The notes under the pieces: generated by a model
Databases searched by the model: none
Seen by the model: only the letters and a program-made list of their open reading frames with translations
What the model was told of the DNA's origin: nothing
Shown: positions 56,477-64,000 of the stretch, one piece after another
How the letters are laid out: every line of letters starts with the position of its first letter
Numbering within the stretch: position 1 is the stretch's first letter
Translations under genes and position numbers: made by a program
Assembly (NCBI GenBank): GCA_016933575.1
Contig: JAFGAR010000151.1
Span: 133,338-197,337 of the forward strand
Direction of reading: 5' to 3'
Length of the DNA: 64,000 nt
Source of the DNA: Candidatus Thorarchaeota archaeon
GTDB taxonomy: Archaea; Asgardarchaeota; Thorarchaeia; Thorarchaeales; Thorarchaeaceae

Positions 56477-58963
56477 ATGACTCAGCGTTGGATGGTCAAT
56501 ATATGTCCCTTCTTGCATTTTGATAATTCAAGGATTCAGACTTATGAACATAACATCAGTATAGCATCTTGGAATGTTAAGAGTGTTCTAGATTATTTGG
56601 AAGTCCATGCTGAGCACAAATTCATACTTGATCAGAGTACACTTCTAGAAGGTTTCAAAAAGTTATTTCCAAATTATTGGGATGCCTTACATCAACGAGT
56701 CCTTGAAGGAAGGATTGAGATTGTTGGTGGCACTTATGTAATGCCTGATTTCATCATTCCAGACGGTGAATCCATTGCCCGACAGTTTGTATTTGGTAAG
56801 AAATTCAATCATGGCGAATTAGGTATCAACGTACGAGTTGGTTGGGCTATTGATTCAGCTGGTCATTGCGCACAGATGCCGCAGATCTTACGTCTCTGTG
56901 GTATTGATTCCTATGTATTCTGGAGAGGTATGCCTTACGATGGCCCCTCAGAGTTTGTGTGGAAAGGGCCTGATGGAAGCCGTGTAAACGCGATTTGGTT
57001 ATCCAGAGGTTTTGACAGTGCCGCTTGGTTATCAGAGAATACACGTGAAGCATTCTCACGTTTACTTCGTCTTGTCGAAGAAACTGGGGAGATATCAGTT
57101 TCGAAGAATGTGTTTCTACCTGTTGGAGGGGAACTTGTTCCTCCGCTCCCTCACCTGAATGATATTGTCGACCAATGGAATAAGACCTTTCCAGATATGC
57201 GAATTACGATTGCAACAGCTGGAGAATATGCAGACAAGCTGAAGAGTGTTCAAGCAACAATGCCCACCATAACTGGCCCCCTTTTATCTGGTAGATTCAC
57301 CGGGATGCGTTCTGGTGGATTGTCAACTCGTCCTCAATTAAAACTCATGAATCGAAAATTAGAGACTCTTCTCTATCTCTGTGAACTCTACTTGTCTCTT
57401 TCTGGAGCTAGTCTAAAATCTTTTGAGATAGACAACATCTGGCGCATTCTCCTCTTTAATCAAGATCATAACATCATCCGGGGAACTATCACAAATGAAC
57501 CTTACAAACTTGCGAAATTGCGTTTTGAACAAGCTATCGAGCAAGCGGAGCAGATTCTTGAAGGTGCTATAGGAAATTGCTCTGCTTCAGTAAAACACGA
57601 TTCTGATGTGGTGTCATTTGTAATCTATAATCCCGTTTCGTGGATCCGGACAGACATTGTGAAGGTTGTCGTAGATTCTACAAAACTATCTCAGAAATTC
57701 TTTGAAATCAACGATCCTGACGGTAATTCCATTCCCTACCAAATAGTATCTGAGTCAAACAGTGAACCAATTGAGATTGTATTCATTGCCAAAGATATGC
57801 CTAGTCTAGGTCATAGAGTATATTCTATCATCTCTGTAGAGAAGCAACCTAAATTTGATACATCTCTTAAGCATGGACGCAACTGGGTTGAGTCTTCCGA
57901 TTTCATCTTGGAATTTGATGAATTCAATGGGTCATTCCTTAGGCTTTATGATAAGAAGAACCAGGCAGAGTACATTAACAAGGCTGCTCATTATCTCCTT
58001 CTAGAAACCGATGTTGGTGACCTCTATCGGTATTCTAAGCCTGAATTTGCAGGAGATAAAACAGGTCTCTCAACATTGCGTTACCCTGCTGAACTAAAGA
58101 ATATCGAATCTGGTCCTATACGTTGTGTCTTCAAAGTACAATGTGATTTTGAAGGTTCAAGTAGAACTGAAATAGTCACAGTATATAATAAGATTCATAG
58201 ACTCGATATTGAAATGACCCTCAATTATCGTTCTCGTGACAAGAGAATACGTCTGAACATTCCATTGACGATTCTTGCAGATGAGGTCCAAGTAGGAGCC
58301 CAATTTGGGTGTGAAACTCGGGCGACTTCATCTCTTTGCAATGAAAGCTGGAACGAAAAAAGTGGTGCGATATTTCCTGCCCTTGATTGGATAGATTGTT
58401 CAGGATCTGAGTTTGGTATCTGTTTTTCAGCTCCAGGTCTTCATGAGTTTGAATTTCAAGATGGTATTCTGAAAGCCACATTACTGAGAAGTGTTGATTA
58501 TCTCTCGCGAGGCCAAGATGATGACATTATAGAAACTAGAAGTGCAAGAGAAAAGGGAGAACATACTTTTCGATACATGCTGTACCCACATGATCACGAG
58601 TGTCAGATGGCTGATGCATGGCAAGTTTCAGCTGAGCATCGCTTACCATTAATTGCTTATCCTCTCGATAACGCACCCGGAGGCGTTGAGAGTGAAGTTT
58701 CTTACCTTAAAATTGAAGGACTAGATTTGATGCTCTCATGCTATAGGCCTATTGATGATGATGAATTCGTAATCCGTCTATACGAACCTAAAGGCACCTC
58801 AGGTTCTACGAAGATCACATTTCATCGGGATCTCGCAAAAGTAACAATGGTTGACATTCTAGAACGGGATATTGGTGAACTCGGGTTTGAAGGTCGTTCT
58901 GTCGAGTTTCCCATTGATGCTTATTCGATAATTACGCTAAATGTCGTCTTCAAACAACACTAG
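56477..58963 (+). CDS. Glycoside hydrolase family 38 (alpha-mannosidase-like), cytosolic
   Basis: HxD, GRIEIVGG.YV.PD...P.GES..RQ..G, GW.IDS.GH..Q+PQI, F.W.GPDGS, YNP..W.R and TLLRS motifs; no signal peptide. Confidence 0.88.
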   Translation: MTQRWMVNICPFLHFDNSRIQTYEHNISIASWNVKSVLDYLEVHAEHKFILDQSTLLEGFKKLFPNYWDALHQRVLEGRIEIVGGTYVMPDFIIPDGESIARQFVFGKKFNHGELGINVRVGWAIDSAGHCAQMPQILRLCGIDSYVFWRGMPYDGPSEFVWKGPDGSRVNAIWLSRGFDSAAWLSENTREAFSRLLRLVEETGEISVSKNVFLPVGGELVPPLPHLNDIVDQWNKTFPDMRITIATAGEYADKLKSVQATMPTITGPLLSGRFTGMRSGGLSTRPQLKLMNRKLETLLYLCELYLSLSGASLKSFEIDNIWRILLFNQDHNIIRGTITNEPYKLAKLRFEQAIEQAEQILEGAIGNCSASVKHDSDVVSFVIYNPVSWIRTDIVKVVVDSTKLSQKFFEINDPDGNSIPYQIVSESNSEPIEIVFIAKDMPSLGHRVYSIISVEKQPKFDTSLKHGRNWVESSDFILEFDEFNGSFLRLYDKKNQAEYINKAAHYLLLETDVGDLYRYSKPEFAGDKTGLSTLRYPAELKNIESGPIRCVFKVQCDFEGSSRTEIVTVYNKIHRLDIEMTLNYRSRDKRIRLNIPLTILADEVQVGAQFGCETRATSSLCNESWNEKSGAIFPALDWIDCSGSEFGICFSAPGLHEFEFQDGILKATLLRSVDYLSRGQDDDIIETRSAREKGEHTFRYMLYPHDHECQMADAWQVSAEHRLPLIAYPLDNAPGGVESEVSYLKIEGLDLMLSCYRPIDDDEFVIRLYEPKGTSGSTKITFHRDLAKVTMVDILERDIGELGFEGRSVEFPIDAYSIITLNVVFKQH

Positions 58964-59045
58964 ATATGCTCTGATTACAATCACGATATCCTTTTTTGTA
59001 GCATCTCACTGTGGAGCTAAGGGCTCTACCTCTGGAGGTCAAGTG

Positions 59046-59921
59046 ATGAGTGATTTTTATCCAATTTCCCCGATCGTTGCCATTACCAATACAAGTTACG
59101 GAGCTCAAGCTGGCGTTATGAATGAGATGTGGGCTGTACGAGTTGTTCGTGGAAAGAAGATAATCGCTGAGAAGACCATCCCTGATCTAATGCTTGATAA
59201 TATTGTTGGAGTAGCATATGGACATATTCGTGTGGAAGGATTGAGTCGGCATGCTGTAGCAACAATGGCAGGTAGATTGATGCAATTCTCTAGACAATAT
59301 CAGCAGTCTGGCATCTGTCCAAACTATGAGATACCTGATCTTACATATGAGGATGGTACAACAATAGGTGAACAAGCAGCTGCTGCATCAGGGAGTCCTA
59401 TTCCATCAAAGATTGAAAAATCAGTGACTGCTGAACTACCTGACATCCGGGTTGGTTCTATTCCTGAGATCCCTAGAACTATTGGAGAGCATGCTTGGAG
59501 AAGCTTGATTGAAGCACAGGCTACTCTGATATGTGAACTCTCTGCATATGCAGCAACACTTCCAGCCGGTCACATCGATGTGATGTTCAATAAGGTTGGT
59601 GACCAGCTAATACACTATTGGGCAACCTCCAATCCAGATGATCCTGCAGCAGCAGTGAAAAAGTTCGGTGCAATGATTCAGAGCTGTTCAAACGAAAGTC
59701 AAATGCCCAAGACGGGTTCTGGAACAGCAACAATCGAGACTGGCACTTGCGAAATTCTACGAATTTGTCAATCTCTTGACCCAGATGTTTCCAAGATACC
59801 TGCGGGATATCCTTGTGCATTTCATGAAATGATTGCTGCAAAACTTAGTGAACTGACAGGTCTGAAAATTAGTGTGAACACTTCATCGACTGGATGTATA
59901 GTCAGCATGAGTTTTGAGTAA
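59046..59921 (+). CDS. Hypothetical protein with C-terminal V4R-like Cys-containing domain
   Basis: GGAGG RBS before GTG/ATG 59043/59046; C-terminal C....C.......PCAFHE........GC pattern. Confidence 0.6.
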   Translation: MSDFYPISPIVAITNTSYGAQAGVMNEMWAVRVVRGKKIIAEKTIPDLMLDNIVGVAYGHIRVEGLSRHAVATMAGRLMQFSRQYQQSGICPNYEIPDLTYEDGTTIGEQAAAASGSPIPSKIEKSVTAELPDIRVGSIPEIPRTIGEHAWRSLIEAQATLICELSAYAATLPAGHIDVMFNKVGDQLIHYWATSNPDDPAAAVKKFGAMIQSCSNESQMPKTGSGTATIETGTCEILRICQSLDPDVSKIPAGYPCAFHEMIAAKLSELTGLKISVNTSSTGCIVSMSFE

Positions 59922-60041
59922 TTCCTTCTCTTAATCTTGGATGAGTCTATTTCTTAGCTACCCAATAATCTTAAATCGCTTGGGCTGTTTCACCTACAAT
60001 TAGACGAGACTGCGTGGAGTCTCGATTAGGAGCTTAAAAAA

Positions 60042-60323
60042 TTGAGCTACTTGACTTGGCGTGAATACACGCGTTCAGGACCTGTCTGTCTTGGTGCGCT
60101 AATGGTGATTGCTGGTGCTGTATTGGCATTACTTCCTGGTTATGATCCAGCATATGACTTCGTACCAGGCTATACTGTCTATATTGGTGCAATCGTAGCA
60201 GTCGTCGGATTGTTATTTATCATCATGGGTTTCCTCTTTACAAAGAAGAAGCGCGATTCTGTATTACGACCAGTTGATACAAAACTGGATGATACACCTC
60301 CGCCGCCCCCACCACCAGACTGA
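60042..60323 (+). CDS. Small two-TM membrane protein with C-terminal poly-proline tail
   Basis: AGGAG RBS, two hydrophobic helices, KKKR stop-transfer, then DDTPPPPPPPD. Confidence 0.75.
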   Translation: MSYLTWREYTRSGPVCLGALMVIAGAVLALLPGYDPAYDFVPGYTVYIGAIVAVVGLLFIIMGFLFTKKKRDSVLRPVDTKLDDTPPPPPPPD

Positions 60324-60349
60324 TTCTATACGAATCTAACCTATTTTCG

Positions 60350-60395
60350 AAGCTCTAGGGTCTCTGTGACCCTGAGCTTTTCTCTCTTTCTTTTC
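60350..60395 (+). terminator. Hairpin plus pyrimidine/T-run terminator
   Basis: AAGCTC(T)AGGGTC-TCTGT-GACCCTGAGCTT followed by TTCTCTCTTTCTTTT. Confidence 0.6.
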
Positions 60396-60505
60396 TATTC
60401 ATCAAATTCGAAGAGAATTAAGAAATTGCTTCGTCTAGCAAATGCTAATATGTGACCAAGCTTGATTTCTTTGTAGAACTGACTACTGGATGGTGTATAG
60501 TCTAG

Positions 60506-60799
60506 ATGAAGATAATGCTAGAATATCGTAATAGCCAATTCCACGAGTGTTCTGGTCAACCTAGCACTCCAATCTCCCTTACGGTGGATGATTCTCAGAA
60601 GAAACTGATTCTTATCATTCCCACAGGTGCAAGTATGATTGAACGAAGAGCAGCTGAAAGAAACGCTCGTGGTATTGAGAAAGTGGGTTTTCAGACAACC
60701 AAGCAGGGCCGTGTTGGTCGTGGCTATGAACTAGTCGTAGAAGGACATGGCGGCGGGCTTCCAGATCGTCTGAGACATTCCCCACGTGAAGTTTACTAG
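60506..60799 (+). CDS. Single-domain gelsolin-like (ProGel-type) actin regulator
   Basis: LTVDD..KKLILII..GAS.IERRAAER.A..I helix pattern, VVEG, and C-terminal WH2-like LRHS. Confidence 0.6.
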   Translation: MKIMLEYRNSQFHECSGQPSTPISLTVDDSQKKLILIIPTGASMIERRAAERNARGIEKVGFQTTKQGRVGRGYELVVEGHGGGLPDRLRHSPREVY

Positions 60800-60902
60800 T
60801 ACATTTTTTTTCATGTACTTACTCATGGACAAATCTGGCTCCGAAATGACTAAATGAACGGAGCCTTAGGAATCCATAATTTAAGCAAGAAGGTAGGAAA
60901 CG

Positions 60903-62600
60903 ATGTCGGACGAGAGAGCTAGGCAATGGATTGAAGAATCGCAGAAGGATACTACTCGTCAATCTGCGGGTAAGATGCATATTCAAGCTGCAATACGTGC
61001 AGAACAAGCTGGTGATATTGCTGGAATGGAACGTGAGTATAATGCTGCAGCTCATGCATTTCTACAATCCGCCAATGAGTATCGTGCAGCTAAGAGTTAC
61101 AAGAAAGCAGCATTAAACATGTGCGACGCTGGTGAAGTATTTTCTGAGCTTGGCGATTCTACAAGAGCTATCCAAGCATTTCAAGGAGGTGCTGATGATC
61201 TCTTTGCAGCATCATCTGAACATCTCATGTGGGGTGAAGACGCTGAAACAAGTAAAGGCACTGCTCTTGCAATGACTGCTTGTATGATATACATTATGAT
61301 TGGAAAAGAGGCAGAAGCATTCTACAAGGCTCGTGGATTTTCCGCTGAGAATGGGTCAAAGATACGACTTCCTGCCATTGTTCGACTAAGTCAAATACCT
61401 CAGATGTTAGAATCTGCTGTGCAATCAGTGAATCTTGAGTCATTTGCTAGTGCTGAGAATGCAGCAGTTACTGAGTTGAAGTCCGCGCTTGCGAGTTCTG
61501 GAAGTCCTGAGTTTTCAAAATATGTTGACCGCGGTCTCGATATGGTACGTGAGATATTACGAGGGAAACTAAAGGTTCCCAAGATATCATCTCATCTTTC
61601 AATACCGAAGGATCTGACCTTTACCGAAGACTTCTCAGTGCGCCTATCAATAAAGAACTCTGGAGATGGAGCTGCTATCAATCTGAAGATTGAATGGCAT
61701 CTTGATGAAGGTCTAAATCTGGTGTCTGGAGAAAAGACGAAGGTAGTTCATTCTCTACCCGCTGGTGAAACACTTGAGATCGCTGTACTAATACGTGCTG
61801 CAGAAGCTCTTGGCGGAAGTAGAGACTATTCTATTTTGGCTCGGGGGTCATATGAAGACAAGCTAAAGACTGAATATAGCCTCCAAGCTGGGCCTACAGT
61901 GATAACACTCAAAGACTACAAGGAGAGTGACAAACTCTTGCAAGATTCGGATGTCACTGATAGTCGTGTCAGCTTCCTTCGTGCTTCAGTTCAAGAGTCT
62001 GAATTTGAACCTGAACCTCTCCTCAGAGTAATCGATGGTCTAACCGATTCTTTGAAAGAAAGCCGATCTGAAGTTGAGAGTGGAAAACTCGAGATTGCCA
62101 AAGCCCGCATCACAGTGATTAATGATATCGTCGACCAAATCGATGCGTTACTGGGTGATGATGCTCTGGTACAAACAGTTGCAGAATCTAAATTACAGGC
62201 GAAAAAGGACTATGCCCTAGCAATACTTGGTCCTGCCTTTGAAGAGGCAATCTCATCGATTACAAATCAGGAGAAGAAACTTCATTCTGAAGTTCCTCTT
62301 GCTTTGACAGAGTGGGATTCCATGTCTGAGAAGAAGAAGCGAATTCTTGCTACAGCTAATCAGATTAAAAATACTGCAAATGAAGTGAAAGGAAGACTGA
62401 CTGAGCCTGAGCACCAAATTATCCAAGCAAAGATATCTGATATTCAGATGGATGCTGAGAAGATTCTAAATGATTCATTGCTGATAACTGGCTCTCGCCC
62501 TGAAACTCCCGAAAAAATTGAGATGGCTTTTGTTGTAGCTAGATCAATCCGAAACGAAATCACCCAATTGATGGAGTCCAAAAAGGCGAACCTTCGATAG
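60903..62600 (+). CDS. SNAP-like TPR solenoid plus Ig-like (CARDB-type) domain plus helical/coiled-coil tail
   Basis: Ala-rich helical hairpins (AA.AF..SA..Y...K.Y.KAA.....AG), then IKNSGDG.A.N+.+....L.AGE Ig-like motif, then amphipathic helices. Confidence 0.6.
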   Translation: MSDERARQWIEESQKDTTRQSAGKMHIQAAIRAEQAGDIAGMEREYNAAAHAFLQSANEYRAAKSYKKAALNMCDAGEVFSELGDSTRAIQAFQGGADDLFAASSEHLMWGEDAETSKGTALAMTACMIYIMIGKEAEAFYKARGFSAENGSKIRLPAIVRLSQIPQMLESAVQSVNLESFASAENAAVTELKSALASSGSPEFSKYVDRGLDMVREILRGKLKVPKISSHLSIPKDLTFTEDFSVRLSIKNSGDGAAINLKIEWHLDEGLNLVSGEKTKVVHSLPAGETLEIAVLIRAAEALGGSRDYSILARGSYEDKLKTEYSLQAGPTVITLKDYKESDKLLQDSDVTDSRVSFLRASVQESEFEPEPLLRVIDGLTDSLKESRSEVESGKLEIAKARITVINDIVDQIDALLGDDALVQTVAESKLQAKKDYALAILGPAFEEAISSITNQEKKLHSEVPLALTEWDSMSEKKKRILATANQIKNTANEVKGRLTEPEHQIIQAKISDIQMDAEKILNDSLLITGSRPETPEKIEMAFVVARSIRNEITQLMESKKANLR

Positions 62601-62729
62601 TAGATTCCTTACTCTGCTCATCATTACTGACTCCGTACTAGGACTACTTCTCGTTTTCTTGGAATGGATTTCATAATTTCAGAATACTGAAATACTTAAA
62701 TTCATTAGCGATATGATAGAGCCGAGGAG

Positions 62730-63227
62730 TTGTTGTTGTCTTACACTCGTCTTCGTAGAGATTTTTTAAGAATCATTGGAGAGAGCTATGAGCAATATGG
62801 CTATCCAGAGTATTGTGGTTGGATTGAAGGCCTTCTACTGCTAGAACCTGTCGAATGGTCACAACGAGGAATATCAAAGAGGTTAGGTGAGATATTTCCT
62901 GCTTCTAAATATCCTACATCTGTTTCTTCAGTAAATCGCGCTCTCAAACTCTTGGAAACCTATGGTGTGATTGAACGTGCAGGATCGAGAAAGACTGGCT
63001 TCAGATATCGTTTAGTCTCATCATCAAATCTTGTCGCCTCTATGCTCTATCATCTGATGAATATGAATCAAGAGTTTATCAAAAAGATGGAGTCCCTCTC
63101 TGACAAAAACATCAAGGCTGACTCTGATTTAGAAAGGGCGACGACCTATCAGATAAGTATGGCCCAAACTTGGAATCTTGCCATATCGCAACTTCTTGAA
63201 TCATTACAGGATGAATTGGAGGAATAA
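62730..63227 (+). CDS. GbsR/MarR-like winged-helix transcriptional regulator
   Basis: YG.P...G.I.GLLLL, S.SSVNRALK.LE..G.I.R and Y; directly upstream of the FAD enzyme. Confidence 0.75.
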   Translation: MLLSYTRLRRDFLRIIGESYEQYGYPEYCGWIEGLLLLEPVEWSQRGISKRLGEIFPASKYPTSVSSVNRALKLLETYGVIERAGSRKTGFRYRLVSSSNLVASMLYHLMNMNQEFIKKMESLSDKNIKADSDLERATTYQISMAQTWNLAISQLLESLQDELEE

Positions 63228-63233
63228 TCTATA

Positions 63234-64000
63234 TTGAATAAACGAACAATCATCATTATTGGTGCTGGACTTGCTGGGCTTGCTACTGGCTGTTATGCTC
63301 AGATGAATGGGTATGAGAGCAAAATCTTCGAACATCATTCAAAACCCGGTGGTGTAGCCGCTGTCTGGAAGCGAGGCGAATACTTGATTGATGGTGGCAT
63401 TCATTTTCTAATATGTCACAGACCTGGAACAACCATCTACGATACTTATAGTGAGATTGGTGCCACAGGTTCCTTCGATATTGCTGATATGACGACATAT
63501 CTCCGATTCACTGATGAAACCGGCACAAAGTCCATTGATTTCTCCAATGACCTCGAACGCCTTGAACACGATTTAATTGATATTGCGACAGAGGATGTGC
63601 AAGAGATTCATAGTCTTATCAAAGAAATAGCTTGGATGAAAGATTCTCCATTGCTAACAGATCTTGGAATGAGTGCTTCTCCTCCTGAACTGAAAGGGCG
63701 TCTTGACTCGATCAAAGAGATGTGGCAGATGAGAAGCTTCATGAAATACTTCACTGGGAAATACTCGAAGTCTGCTGCAAGTTATGCTGAGGATCACTTA
63801 CAAAATCCCTTTTTGAAAACCGTGGTCAGAAATCTATTTTCATCTGATGGCCCTATATGGTTCGTAATCATGATTCTTGCATGCGTAGCAGCAGGTCAAC
63901 TTGGACTATTCAAGGGTGGATGTTATGAGTTCGTAAATTCAATAGTAGATAACTATGAATCACTTGGTGGTCAGATTCAATACAGGGCAACTGTTTCGAA
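63234..64000 (+). CDS. Phytoene-desaturase-like FAD-dependent oxidoreductase (partial, runs off window; not in ORF track)
   Basis: TTG 63234 after GGAGG: NKRTIIIIGAGLAGLATGCYAQMNGYESKIFEHHSKPGGVAAVWKRGEYLIDGGIHF... Confidence 0.88.
   Translation, partial: MNKRTIIIIGAGLAGLATGCYAQMNGYESKIFEHHSKPGGVAAVWKRGEYLIDGGIHFLICHRPGTTIYDTYSEIGATGSFDIADMTTYLRFTDETGTKSIDFSNDLERLEHDLIDIATEDVQEIHSLIKEIAWMKDSPLLTDLGMSASPPELKGRLDSIKEMWQMRSFMKYFTGKYSKSAASYAEDHLQNPFLKTVVRNLFSSDGPIWFVIMILACVAAGQLGLFKGGCYEFVNSIVDNYESLGGQIQYRATVS

Noticed and set aside
263-63498. Numerous 60-160 aa ORFs antisense to or nested in larger genes (e.g. 7788-8144, 20155-20643, 39741-40184, 47959-48381, 55512-55865)
   Set aside because: Shadow frames of well-supported genes, with no motifs or RBS.

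Overview
Gene-dense archaeal chromosomal segment. It is very probably an Asgard archaeon, plausibly Thorarchaeia; this is inferred from full-length eukaryote-type RPB5, longin-wHTH proteins, a Roadblock protein, split Alg13/Alg14 and a single-domain gelsolin-like protein. No rRNA, tRNA, CRISPR array or transposase was recognised. Layout: (1) 0-11.5 kb, housekeeping genes: Nre, a TAA-interrupted surface glycoprotein, T2SS-F, an unannotated desulforedoxin, two tandem RPB5-like paralogues with duplicated promoters, polyprenol kinase, CinA, HD and TatD. (2) 11.6-32.3 kb, a glycan biosynthesis/tailoring cluster: rmlA/C/D, GTs, flippase, B12-radical SAM, DegT, PglF-like, two PIG-L, GNAT, one active and one degenerate ATP-grasp. 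(3) 32-43.5 kb, FAD/Fe-S oxidoreductase pair, Alg14/Alg13, PD-(D/E)XK nuclease, transglutaminase-like, coiled-coil-wHTH, radical SAM and DUF2797-like. (4) 43.5-51 kb, a tandem NPRL2/NPRL3-like longin-wHTH pair facing Roadblock plus NifB-like, then a top6B-top6A(atypical TOPRIM)-coiled-coil/wHTH-nuclease operon. (5) 51-64 kb, proteostasis/cytoskeleton region: AN1-ZnF site-2 protease, Hsp20-Cdc48 with a structured leader, GH38 mannosidase, polyproline membrane protein, gelsolin-like protein and SNAP-like TPR protein. Best candidates for new biology: the duplicated RPB5s, the GATOR1-like pair, the atypical TopoVI operon, and the polyproline/gelsolin/SNAP-like trio. All family calls come from motif recognition by eye, with no database search.
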